Shown here one piece after another: positions 10,046 through 18,721 of a stretch of DNA of 64,000 bases. Source of the stretch: an uncultured Gemmatimonadaceae bacterium (lineage in GTDB: Bacteria > Gemmatimonadota > Gemmatimonadetes > Gemmatimonadales > GWC2-71-9); NCBI GenBank assembly GCA_964638035.1, contig CAZWXD010000015.1, positions 12,289 to 76,288 of the forward strand, read 5' to 3'. The position numbers were made by a program, and so were the translations under genes. The notes under the pieces were generated by a model. That model had not been told where the DNA came from. It did not search any database and saw nothing but the letters and a program-made list of their open reading frames with translations. Each line of letters opens with the position of its first letter. Position 1 is the stretch's first letter.

Positions 10046-12571
10046 TCAGAACGCCCACCCTCCCTGCACATACAGCCGCGCCCGGTCTTCCGACACGGCA
10101 TACGCCGCGGTCACGGTGCTCCGGCGCGAGAGGAAGGCGAGCCAGATGCCACCGCCGGCCGCGCCGTGCCAGCGATCGGACGACTCGCCGTCCAGGAAGA
10201 CCCGGCCCACGTCGCCCAGCCCGAACAAACCCAGCTCGCCGGGCACGACCACGAAGAACCGGGTGAGCGCGAAGCGCAGTTCGGCGCTCCCGAACAGTGC
10301 CGCATCACCGGCGAAGCGCCGCTCCCGCCCCAGCCGCACCGTGCTCGTCCCGCCGATGTACGCCGCGTCCTGGTAGATGTAGTCGCCGAAGGTCTGCTGC
10401 CCGCCGGCGCGAAGGGCCAGCACCGGGCTCCCGGCGATCGCCGGGCTCAGGTAGGTGCTCACGGCGCCATGGACCTCGCCATAGGTGGATTGCACGTCCC
10501 AGAGGCCGGGCCGCACGGTCCCACCGAGCTCCACCAGCACGCCGCGCCGCGGATAGCCCGGCAGGTCGCGCGTATCGAGGACGTAGCTCGCCATCAGGCC
10601 CGCACGGCCGAACTTCCCCGAGCCGTAGGGCCGCACCGAGTCAATGAACCGGTCAGCAGTGAACTTGGTGCTCGACCAGGTGACGATCGGCCCCACCGAC
10701 ACGAGCCCTCGTCCCGCTGGCAGGTTCAGCGTCACCGCAGCCTGCAGGTCGTTCTCGCGGACCCGGTAGAACTCGTCCGGCTGGTCTGCGGTGGTCTCAT
10801 TGCCCAGGCCGTGGAAGCGAAGCACCTCGATGCCTGACGCGATGGCATGCACGCCCACCCACGGACCGCGCACCTCCGCGCGGAAGTCGCCCTTGTACTC
10901 CAGCTTGAAGGTCTGGGCATCGGTGGCATACGCGGCGCGCACGAGGTGGCGCGAGGCCCAGGGCTGCTGGCGGAAGCCGTAGTCGGTGATGAGGACACCG
11001 CCCCCCGCGAGCAGGCCGACATCCGGGCCATACGAACCCCATACCACCGGCAGGCTCTGGCTCCCCCAGTCGCGGGGCGGGAGCCTCGGGGGTTCCGGCG
11101 TCCATTCCGGCGGGACCGGCTTGTGCCGCACCTTCGCGGCTGGCACCGGGGTGAGGCCATCGGTGTCGTAGAGGCGGGCGCGGGCGCCCTGCTCCAGCGC
11201 CACGGCGTCGCTGCCCTTGCCGCCAATCACGCGGAGCGTGAAAGGCGTGCGGCCCTTCACGTCCACCGAGTCTGCCCCGCCATTGAGGTAGATCCGCACC
11301 TCGCCCGTCTCGCCCCCACGGAACACCCGGGAGAACCAGGGTGCGGCGCCGGGCTCGCGCCGGGCAATCGTGACGCGGCTCGCGCGCTCACCGGCCGGCT
11401 CGACCACCACCAGGTCGTCCTCGTCGGTGGCCTGCACGTCGGCTTCCCGTGCCAGGAGCCGGTAGTAGTCGCGAGCCGCGTCGGGGAGCCGGTCACGGCG
11501 TGACTTGAGGGCATTGGCGAGGCGCGCCGAGTCGAGCGGGAGGAAGGCGGCCGGCATGCGGGCCACCGCATGCTCGATCACGCTGTCGGTGAAGGCGCGC
11601 TGCAGTCCTGTCGCGGCCCGTTCCCACACGGGCCACTCCAGGGCCACCAGGAAGCGCCGGTCCAGCTCGCGCCCGTTCCAGGTGAGCCCCACCATGGCCG
11701 GATACTTCGGGCCGAAGTTCACCAACTGCGGTGCCTGGGCGCGTGCCACCAGGAGGAGCAGCCCGTCGAACCGCACGAACGCCTGGTCGCGGTCGCGCGG
11801 GATTGGCACCCAGGTCCGGGGCGCGGCGGAGTCCCAGGTGGCCCATCGCCACTGGTCGCGGTGGCGGTCCCAGTCGCCGATGAACACGTCCACCAGGCGC
11901 GCGTGCAGCAGCCGCTCCGCGTCCACCCGGTCCTTCGTGCCCTTCTCGATTCGCGTGAAGAGGTTGTCGCTGCTGATGACGCGCACCGACCCGGGCACCA
12001 CCAGGTCATCGGGGCCCTCGTCCGGCCGCTCCTCGAAGAGGCCCAGCATCCCGGCGTAGTCGGCAAAGGTGTCGAGCGGCGCGTCCGGCGGGACCTGCAC
12101 CAGCCGCGGCGTGGCGCGGGGCAGCCCGGCAGCCTTCACCAGCGGTGCTGCCACCACCGCCCCGGCGGGATGGGCAGAGCTGATCTGGTCCTGCACGATG
12201 CGCTGGGCAATGGTGCCATGCAGCTCGGGCGGCAGCAGGGACTTCGGGTCCTTGTCCACCGACCGCACAACGTACTCGTGGCCGTCCTTCCCCTTGAACC
12301 GCAGGCAGCGCGTCTGCTGCCCGCCGCACCGCTGGGTGGGGGTCAGGCCCCCCGCCACGTGGGCGAGGTCGAGCACCTCGACCTCGATGGGTGTCGCCCA
12401 GAGGTCACGATAGTGGTCGCCGAAGAAGATGCGGTGCAGCCACCCGGTGTCGTAGTGGGCACCAGGCGTAACGCGTACCGTGGCCGTGCCCGCGTCCTGT
12501 GCCAGGACGGGCGCCACCACGAGGACCATGCATGTGAGGCCTGCCGCAACACCCGCTAGTGCTCCAGCCAT
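10046..12571 (-). CDS. Omp85/BamA-superfamily outer-membrane protein with a non-POTRA N-terminal domain
   Basis: 841 aa with a signal peptide (VLVVAPVLAQD). The C-terminal 300 aa or so look like a Bac_surface_Ag beta-barrel, with alternating hydrophobic strands and a terminal ...ARLYVQGGWAF. The N-terminal 400 aa or so are unrelated to POTRA repeats and carry FIGDWDRHRDQWRW. Confidence 0.8.
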   Translation of the reverse strand: MAGALAGVAAGLTCMVLVVAPVLAQDAGTATVRVTPGAHYDTGWLHRIFFGDHYRDLWATPIEVEVLDLAHVAGGLTPTQRCGGQQTRCLRFKGKDGHEYVVRSVDKDPKSLLPPELHGTIAQRIVQDQISSAHPAGAVVAAPLVKAAGLPRATPRLVQVPPDAPLDTFADYAGMLGLFEERPDEGPDDLVVPGSVRVISSDNLFTRIEKGTKDRVDAERLLHARLVDVFIGDWDRHRDQWRWATWDSAAPRTWVPIPRDRDQAFVRFDGLLLLVARAQAPQLVNFGPKYPAMVGLTWNGRELDRRFLVALEWPVWERAATGLQRAFTDSVIEHAVARMPAAFLPLDSARLANALKSRRDRLPDAARDYYRLLAREADVQATDEDDLVVVEPAGERASRVTIARREPGAAPWFSRVFRGGETGEVRIYLNGGADSVDVKGRTPFTLRVIGGKGSDAVALEQGARARLYDTDGLTPVPAAKVRHKPVPPEWTPEPPRLPPRDWGSQSLPVVWGSYGPDVGLLAGGGVLITDYGFRQQPWASRHLVRAAYATDAQTFKLEYKGDFRAEVRGPWVGVHAIASGIEVLRFHGLGNETTADQPDEFYRVRENDLQAAVTLNLPAGRGLVSVGPIVTWSSTKFTADRFIDSVRPYGSGKFGRAGLMASYVLDTRDLPGYPRRGVLVELGGTVRPGLWDVQSTYGEVHGAVSTYLSPAIAGSPVLALRAGGQQTFGDYIYQDAAYIGGTSTVRLGRERRFAGDAALFGSAELRFALTRFFVVVPGELGLFGLGDVGRVFLDGESSDRWHGAAGGGIWLAFLSRRSTVTAAYAVSEDRARLYVQGGWAF

Positions 12572-13701
12572 TCGGAATGCACCTCGGTGCCCGAGCCACC
12601 TGCATCCACCGTCACCACGGCCAGCCGAATCCGCCCATCGGTCGCAACATCGAGCCGCATGAAGCCCGAGGCGGAGATGGCCACCTTCGTCCCCGGCTGC
12701 GAGGTCACGGGATCCACGTGCCCGTAGTACCCGCCGCCGCTTATGAGTTGCGTCCTGGCGGGTCCGGAGTCAATGACCTGCAGGCTGTGGTCGTGCCCCG
12801 AGGCATAGATCCGGGGGGGATGCGCGGCGAAGGCGGCCCCGAGGGAGTCGCGGAAGGTCCGGTACTTCCCCCCGGCGAAATCCTGGTCGGTGATGCCCGA
12901 CGTCCGGGCGATGGGGTAAGCCGAGCCGATGACCGGGAGGGGGAGCCAGAGCCACGATACCAGGTGGCGGAGCGGAAAGATGTGGTCCTTCCAGTCGAAG
13001 AAGCCCCCATGCTCACCGCCGCTCACCAGGGGGTGATGGCCCGCCACGACGACGACGCGGCTGCCAGCGGAGCCGAGCGCCTCGCCAATGGCGTGGTATG
13101 CGAGGCCGCCGGGCGGGGTGCAGGCCGTGTCCGGTCGCTCGCTGGACTGGAGCCACCACTGCGTGTCGAGCAGCACCAGCCGGAGGTGCGCACTGGCATC
13201 CACCACTTCGGGGCCGGGGCACCCCTGGTTGGGCACCTGCACCACACGTCCTGCCCCGGCGGAGTCGACGAGGAAGTCGGCGCGGCGCACCGCATCCAGC
13301 CCGCCCTGCCGTCCGCGGCGCCAGTCGTGGTTGCCGGGAAGGAGATAGCCCCGGGCGCCTGCGTTGCGCACCAGCTCCACCTGTGCCATGAGCCGACGCT
13401 TCGCCTCGGGATACGAGGGGTCGCCCGGGTCGGGGATGCCCAGGGGATAGGCGTTGTCCCCAAGGAAGAGCACGACGCTGCGCTCGGGGCGCTTCCGCAA
13501 CTCACGATCCAGGGCCATGAGCACCGGCTCGCCGCCGGCGCGAGGTTCGCCTGCATCACCCACGAGGAAGAGCGAAGTCTCGAGGCTGGCTGCAACAGCC
13601 GGGGGCGCCGGGGGAGTCCCCGGGAGCACGTGTCCTGCACACCCCGAGGCGACCAGCAGGAGCATGCCGCCCGCGGCGGCGCGCACGGCACTACGAGGCA
13701 C
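12556..13701 (-). CDS. Calcineurin-like metallophosphoesterase lipoprotein
   Basis: 381 aa with the lipobox LLLVASGC. The phosphoesterase motifs are LVGDAGEP, FLGDNAYP, GNHDW, VVAGHHP and SGHDHSLQ. The start is a GTG at 13701. It overlaps both neighbours, by 11 and 16 nt. Confidence 0.85.
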   Translation of the reverse strand: MPRSAVRAAAGGMLLLVASGCAGHVLPGTPPAPPAVAASLETSLFLVGDAGEPRAGGEPVLMALDRELRKRPERSVVLFLGDNAYPLGIPDPGDPSYPEAKRRLMAQVELVRNAGARGYLLPGNHDWRRGRQGGLDAVRRADFLVDSAGAGRVVQVPNQGCPGPEVVDASAHLRLVLLDTQWWLQSSERPDTACTPPGGLAYHAIGEALGSAGSRVVVVAGHHPLVSGGEHGGFFDWKDHIFPLRHLVSWLWLPLPVIGSAYPIARTSGITDQDFAGGKYRTFRDSLGAAFAAHPPRIYASGHDHSLQVIDSGPARTQLISGGGYYGHVDPVTSQPGTKVAISASGFMRLDVATDGRIRLAVVTVDAGGSGTEVHSEWLEH

Positions 13702-14533
13702 AGGTGTAGCGACTCAGGGTCGCCGCACCGCGCGCTCCCTCGTCTGCCAGGAAAAGCGTGCGCGATCGCGCCAGGGCGATGCCCTCGGGCTGCGGGTGCC
13801 CGGTCAGCTTCGCGAGCTCGATCACCTGGCCGACCGGGTCAATCTCCAGCAGCATGGTGGGGCCGGACGACACCACGAGCAGGTGCCTCGAGGCGGGCTC
13901 CCATTCGATGGCACTGGGCCGGAACCGACTGGCCCCCGCCTGCTTCAGCGCGGCGGCCGACACCTGGATGGTGGCCGGCTCGGCGGGCCTGCCCGTCCTG
14001 GTATTCCAGCGGTGGATCACCACCCCCCCGCCGCCTCCGGTCTTGCATGGCAGGAGGAGGATGCCGTCGGGCAGGGCGACGAGTCCCTCGAACTCGCAGG
14101 CCCGGGCCAGGCCGGTGGTGATGCGCGTGAACGCGAGCGGTGTGGTGCTGGTGCGGGCGTCAAAACGATAGAGCACTGCCCGGCTCGTCATCAGCCACGC
14201 CGTGCTGTCCACAATGGCGAGCCCCTCGAAGTCGTCCTTGACGGAGCCTTCGAGTGCCGACCATGGTGTCACGACACCGGTGGCAGGGTCAATGCGCGAG
14301 AGGCGGCCCTGCTCGTCGTTGTGCGCCAGCAGCGCGTCGCCGTACCATGCGAGCCCCGACACCTCGCGAAGCGACTGGGATAGCGTGACGACGCGGTCGG
14401 CACGGGCGGGATAGCGGCACGTGCGGATCACCGAGGGATCCAGGCCCGGTGCCAGCGGTGCGGGGGCGCCGAGCGCCAGGATCGCGGCGACGGCGAGGCC
14501 CCTGCTGCGGGTTGGGGTGCGGCCGGGCGTCAG
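13691..14533 (-). CDS. SdiA-regulated/YjiK-like beta-propeller protein (exported)
   Basis: Repeated SGLAW / FEGLA / EGIAL blades are present, and [15 protein letters not shown] is a signal-like segment. The track ORF (to 14794) would overlap msrB by 265 nt. No ATG/GTG/TTG lies between the msrB stop and the signal peptide, so the true start is uncertain. I placed it at the CTG at 14533. Confidence 0.6.
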   Translation of the reverse strand: MTPGRTPTRSRGLAVAAILALGAPAPLAPGLDPSVIRTCRYPARADRVVTLSQSLREVSGLAWYGDALLAHNDEQGRLSRIDPATGVVTPWSALEGSVKDDFEGLAIVDSTAWLMTSRAVLYRFDARTSTTPLAFTRITTGLARACEFEGLVALPDGILLLPCKTGGGGGVVIHRWNTRTGRPAEPATIQVSAAALKQAGASRFRPSAIEWEPASRHLLVVSSGPTMLLEIDPVGQVIELAKLTGHPQPEGIALARSRTLFLADEGARGAATLSRYTCAS

Positions 14534-14991
14534 CGGTGTTCCCTTCCCTGCCCCTGGAACAGCGGCAGGAAGGCGCCGTAGCCCTGCGCCTCGAGCTGGT
14601 CCAGCGGCACGAACCGGAGGGCCGCGGAGTTCATGCAGTAACGAAGCCCCTCGGGGCCGGGGCCGTCGTCGAACACATGGCCCAGGTGCGAGTCCGCCCC
14701 GGCGGAACGGACCTCCGTGCGCGGCATCGCGAGCTTGTGGTCGGTATGCGTGGTCACGCTCTCCGGTGCGACCGGTCGCGTGAAGCTGGGCCACCCGGTT
14801 CCCGAGTCGAACTTGTCGAGCGAGGTGAACAGCGGCTCCCCCGACACCACGTCCACATAGAGGCCCGGCGCGTGGTTGTCCCAGTACTCGTTCCGGAACG
14901 GTGCCTCGGTGCCCTCGTGCTGCGTCACCTTGTACTGCAGCGGCGTGAGCTGCTGCTTGAGTGCCTCGTCGTCAGGCTTGCGGAATGTCAT
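14530..14991 (-). CDS. msrB: Peptide-methionine (R)-S-oxide reductase
   Basis: 153 aa with the motifs [33 protein letters not shown] and the catalytic RYCMNSAAL. The start overlaps the upstream gene stop as ATGA. Confidence 0.95.
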   Translation of the reverse strand: MTFRKPDDEALKQQLTPLQYKVTQHEGTEAPFRNEYWDNHAPGLYVDVVSGEPLFTSLDKFDSGTGWPSFTRPVAPESVTTHTDHKLAMPRTEVRSAGADSHLGHVFDDGPGPEGLRYCMNSAALRFVPLDQLEAQGYGAFLPLFQGQGREHR

Positions 14992-16574
14992 GCGATACCC
15001 TCCTCACTGAATATGCACCGGGCCGCAGCCCGGCCGGGAATCCCGCTCACGGCCCCGCCCCGGATGATCGATGAGCCACACCGGTACACGCCGGCCCAGC
15101 GGGTCTCCACCCCCCAGGTGCCCTCGAACGCGGGGTCGTCGGTGAAGAACCAGCTTGGTGCCGTGTGGAAGATGTTCCCGGCGTCCAGGTCCACCTCCTC
15201 CTCGAGGTCTACCGGCGACTTCACCTCCAGGCACGGCTCCCCGTGGCTGTCCCGGGCCAGGCAGTCCAGGAACGGCTCGGCGGTCACCCGGTCCAGCGCC
15301 TCCAGGTAGCGCGACCGGAACCGGGCCGTCGCGCCGGCGTTGTCGGCGGCAAAGGTGCGATAGGGCGCATCGAGCCCGAAGAGCGTCAGGGTGTGAAAAC
15401 CGCGTGCGTTGAGGCCGGCGCCCAGGATGCTCGGGTCGGTGAGTGAGTGGCAATACGTCTCGAATGGCGGGCGCGTGGGAACCTGGCCGGCACGCGCCTC
15501 CCGTGCACTGGCACGCATGGCGGCATAGCCTTCGTCCACGTGGAACGACCCGGTGAAGGCGGTGGCAGGGTCAATGCCCGCCTTGAGGCGCGGCAGCCGT
15601 TGCAGCAGCATGTTCGCCTTCACCACCGACCCCTCGTTCTCCTCCAGAGCTGTCCAGGGCTCACCCAGCAGTCGTGCCGTCGTGCGGGCGCCGGTGGCGA
15701 GGAGCACGCGGCGGGCATCCACGGTTGCTTCCCGGTCGCCCTGCCGGTAGGTCACGGCATGGCGCGCGCCGCCCAGGTGCACGGCCGTGGCGGGTGCGCT
15801 GGCCAGCACCGTTGCGCCGGCCCCGCGGAGCAGCGCCAGCAGGGCGTCCACCAGGGCCACCATGCCGCCGGCGGGCACCCGCCACTCGCCGGTGCCATTG
15901 CCCACGATGTGGTAGAAATAGCAGCGGTTCTGCAGGAGGCTCGGGTCGTCGGGGTCGGTGAGGACGCCGATCTTTCCGTCGGTGAACAGCAGGCCGCGGA
16001 GGATGTCGTCGTCCACGTGCCGCTCGAGCATGCGGCCCAGCGGCTGCTCCACGATGCCCTCCCACGCTTCCAGGAGCAGCGGGGTGGTGCACTGTGCCTT
16101 CCACCAGGCGCGGGTCCGCAGGGGTTCGAGCATGCGGGGCCAGGCCAGTCTGGCGAAGGCCTGCGCAATGGACTGGAAGCGGTTGTACTCCCGCCAGCCG
16201 CGATCGCTGCCGGTGAGGTCCTGGAGGGAGGAGCGTGAGACGTCCTGGTCCACGTTGCTGAGGACGAGGCCGCGCTGCCCTCCGTTGCGCTCATAGGCCG
16301 TGAACGACGCCACGTGCCGGCGCCGGGTCTCGAACCGGAGGCCCAGCTCCTCCAGGATCACCGGTGAGAGCAGGCTGATCAGGTAGGCGTAGCGGGAGAG
16401 CTGGGCGTCGAACCCGGGAAAGACGCGCTGCGAGGTGGTGGCGCCTCCCAGCCAGTCGTTCCGCTCCAGCACCAGCACCGACTGTCCGGCGCGGGCAAGG
16501 TAGGCGGCGGCGATGAGGCCGTTGTGGCCGCCACCGATGACGACGGCATCCCAGGTGTGGCGCTTCGTGGCCAT
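14988..16574 (-). CDS. FAD-dependent oxidoreductase, phytoene-desaturase (CrtI)-like family
   Basis: 528 aa. The N-terminal dinucleotide fold is [38 protein letters not shown]. The C-terminus is [19 protein letters not shown], typical of the amine-oxidase/CrtI family. Confidence 0.85.
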   Translation of the reverse strand: MATKRHTWDAVVIGGGHNGLIAAAYLARAGQSVLVLERNDWLGGATTSQRVFPGFDAQLSRYAYLISLLSPVILEELGLRFETRRRHVASFTAYERNGGQRGLVLSNVDQDVSRSSLQDLTGSDRGWREYNRFQSIAQAFARLAWPRMLEPLRTRAWWKAQCTTPLLLEAWEGIVEQPLGRMLERHVDDDILRGLLFTDGKIGVLTDPDDPSLLQNRCYFYHIVGNGTGEWRVPAGGMVALVDALLALLRGAGATVLASAPATAVHLGGARHAVTYRQGDREATVDARRVLLATGARTTARLLGEPWTALEENEGSVVKANMLLQRLPRLKAGIDPATAFTGSFHVDEGYAAMRASAREARAGQVPTRPPFETYCHSLTDPSILGAGLNARGFHTLTLFGLDAPYRTFAADNAGATARFRSRYLEALDRVTAEPFLDCLARDSHGEPCLEVKSPVDLEEEVDLDAGNIFHTAPSWFFTDDPAFEGTWGVETRWAGVYRCGSSIIRGGAVSGIPGRAAARCIFSEEGIA

Positions 16575-16679
16575 GCACGCTCCGGCGGTGTGACCTGCCC
16601 GACCAATCTAGCTTCCCTTTACGAACCGGCCGGGGAGGAGCGGTGCCGTTGGTGCGCCCGCCAGGGCCGCCGAGTCCCG

Positions 16680-18122
16680 TCATCGGGATGCGTTGAGCTT
16701 TGCTTCCGCGACCAGCCCCCGATGCCCGGCCGGGGGCAGGTCATAGAGCCGGAGAAACCGGGCATACAAGGCACCCGCCTGCTCCCTGCGGCCCAGTTGT
16801 TTCTCTATGCGAGCCCCCTCCAGGTCCGCCATCGCCGTGAATGCCATGGTGTAGTCCCCAGCCGGGTGCAGCAGGAACCGTGCATCCGCCCAGCGGAGCA
16901 GGCGCAACGCCCTCTCGGCATCCCCACTCGTGGCGAGCCAGCGCGCCCCTGCGATCCGGTCCAGCGGGATCGCCAGCGGATGCTCCACGAAGGCGGGCGA
17001 GCCGGTGGCGGCCTGCTCCCATTCGAGTGTTGCCAGTTCCGCGCCCGCACCCGCGGAGTCTCCCTGCAAGGCACGACCGAGGGCCGCAAGCGAGCGGTCG
17101 AGTGCAGTCGCGGCCGGGTCGCCCGACCGACCGAGTTCGGCGCGAGCCCGCTCGAGCGTGCCCGCGTCCCGTCGTGCCGACGCGACCACGCCATCGATCC
17201 ACGCAAGCTCCGCGCGTTCACTCGGCGTGTGTGACGTTCCGGCGACACGTGCCCGGCGCGACACCGCGTCCTCCACGTCAACGGCTCCCAGCCATGCTCC
17301 CAGCGCTGCCAGCCCGTAGGTCCTGAGCGCGGCCAGCGAGTCGAGTCCAGTCCGGGTCCAGGTGTCGAGTCCCGCCAGCGCGGAATCCCAGGCGCCCCGT
17401 CCGATGAACGAGAGCGGCACGATCACTTCGTGGAGCTGCCGGTGATCCGGCGCAACTCCGTGCGCCAGCGCCGCCCGGCTCACCGCGATCTGCTCCGGAT
17501 ACATGCAGAAGCGGAATGGATCGTTGAAGCTCCCGGTGGTCGCCGCTGGTGCCGGGTCGCGCGCAAGGCTGTCCGTCAGGAACGCGACCATCCTGTGGTC
17601 ACGACGATGAACCGCCAGGAGGTAGTGGAACTGCAACGGCCGGTCACCATAGCCGTCCGCGGTCAGGACTGGCCAGGCATCGAGCCGGGCGAGCGCCTGC
17701 ACGGCTTCCACCGCCTCGGTGGTGTCGCTCTCGACCAGAGCGGCCAGCGCGACGTGCTCCCACACGGGGATCAGGTCGGCGTTGAGTACCGTGGCCTTCC
17801 GGAACGCCTCCCTCGCTTCCGCGATGGGGTGGCCCAGCATCGGCCCGTCATGCATGAGGACATCGCCATAGAGCATCCACCCATACCAGGAGTCGGGATA
17901 GCGGCGCACGAGCTCACCGAAGTCACCGATTGCCACCGCAATGCTGTCCGTGCGACGGAGCATACCCGCTGCGGCGAGCCGGTCGCGCTCTATCCGGAGG
18001 GGCTGACGAGGGTCGTGCAGGTGGGGCTCGGGTTGCTGGTATTGCTGGTGAACGGCTGGGTGTACTGGCGGCTGGTGCGGCGCGGTGGAGTGCCCGAGCA
18101 CTTCACCGGGCGTCGCCACCAC
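16680..18122 (-). CDS. Hypothetical helical-repeat (TPR-like) protein
   Basis: 480 aa with a good GC3 bias, no signal peptide or TM, and A/L/R-rich helical repeats. The Q/P/H-rich N-terminus begins only 21 nt downstream of the 3' end of tRNA-Ala. Confidence 0.6.
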   Translation of the reverse strand: MVATPGEVLGHSTAPHQPPVHPAVHQQYQQPEPHLHDPRQPLRIERDRLAAAGMLRRTDSIAVAIGDFGELVRRYPDSWYGWMLYGDVLMHDGPMLGHPIAEAREAFRKATVLNADLIPVWEHVALAALVESDTTEAVEAVQALARLDAWPVLTADGYGDRPLQFHYLLAVHRRDHRMVAFLTDSLARDPAPAATTGSFNDPFRFCMYPEQIAVSRAALAHGVAPDHRQLHEVIVPLSFIGRGAWDSALAGLDTWTRTGLDSLAALRTYGLAALGAWLGAVDVEDAVSRRARVAGTSHTPSERAELAWIDGVVASARRDAGTLERARAELGRSGDPAATALDRSLAALGRALQGDSAGAGAELATLEWEQAATGSPAFVEHPLAIPLDRIAGARWLATSGDAERALRLLRWADARFLLHPAGDYTMAFTAMADLEGARIEKQLGRREQAGALYARFLRLYDLPPAGHRGLVAEAKLNASR

Positions 18123-18143
18123 TGACCGTGGGGGACTGCAGAA

Positions 18144-18216
18144 TGGAGCGGACCGGGATCGAACCGGCGACCCCCTGCTTGCAAAGCAGGTGCTCTCCCA
18201 GCTGAGCTACCGCCCC
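18144..18216 (-). tRNA. tRNA-Ala (anticodon UGC)
   Basis: The minus strand reads GGGGCGGTAGCTCAGCTGGGAGAGCACCTGCTTTGCAAGCAGGGGGTCGCCGGTTCGATCCCGGTCCGCTCCA. I folded the cloverleaf by hand. It has a 7-bp acceptor stem with the Ala-identity G3:U70 pair, the D-arm GCTC/GAGC, the anticodon loop TTTGCAA, and the T-arm GGTTCGATCC. CCA is not encoded. Confidence 0.92.
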
Positions 18217-18301
18217 CGAAGGCGATACAGTATAACGACGTCCAGTTGTGCGCGGAAATCCCGCAGTGACTCGTGGCGGTACGCCAACCCGAAGGAGCCC
18301 G

Positions 18302-18640
18302 ATGCACCACCTCGCCCTGGTCGGTGATTCGATCCTCGACAACCGACTCCACACCACCCGCGCGATCGCCAGCGTCGTGCGGGGGCAGCCTGCAGGGCCC
18401 CGGGAGTTCGCTGCTTGCGGTATGACGAGTTCCTGGGCGTGGCGGGACCGGGGCTGGCACGCCCCGTGAGCCAGTACCTGCCTCCGCCTCCGCCAAGGCC
18501 ATCTACGCCGGTGGGCCCCGCCCCGGGTCGGGATCATCGTCGCCCGGGCGGTGTAGCATGGCTCACCGCACGCCTGGGGTGGCGACTTGCTGACTGGTTG
18601 CGGGATCCATCGGATCAGCCTGAGGTGGCCTGATCGGCCG
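18302..18640 (+). pseudogene. Possible decayed SGNH/GDSL hydrolase gene
   Basis: The sequence starts MHHLALVGDSILDN (block I GDS motif). Recognisable continuation (LQGPGSSLLAV) needs a +1 frameshift, followed by stops. No intact ORF longer than 73 aa exists in the 500-bp gap between the tRNA and the next gene. Confidence 0.3.
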
Positions 18641-18721
18641 CCAGCCGCGGGGTGTGGCTGCCAACGCGGCCAGCCGAATGAGACCCGGCCGAATGCCCTG
18701 TGGGCTCCTACATGGAAATGC

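Noticed and set aside
8497-10101. 534-aa minus-strand ORF, plus 7082..8572 and 7470..8597 on the + strand
   Set aside because: They are antisense to the MFS transporter and to the polytopic membrane protein respectively. They are highly charged R/H/E/G-rich sequences without any recognisable domain.
14534-14794. Long N-terminal extension of the YjiK-like propeller ORF
   Set aside because: It would overlap msrB by 265 nt and encodes R/P/G-rich sequence ahead of the obvious signal peptide.
18123-18721. Integrated mobile element at tRNA-Ala
   Set aside because: I found no integrase, excisionase, phage or transposase gene and no direct repeat of the tRNA 3' end within the window. I retained only the weaker idea of an old rearrangement.
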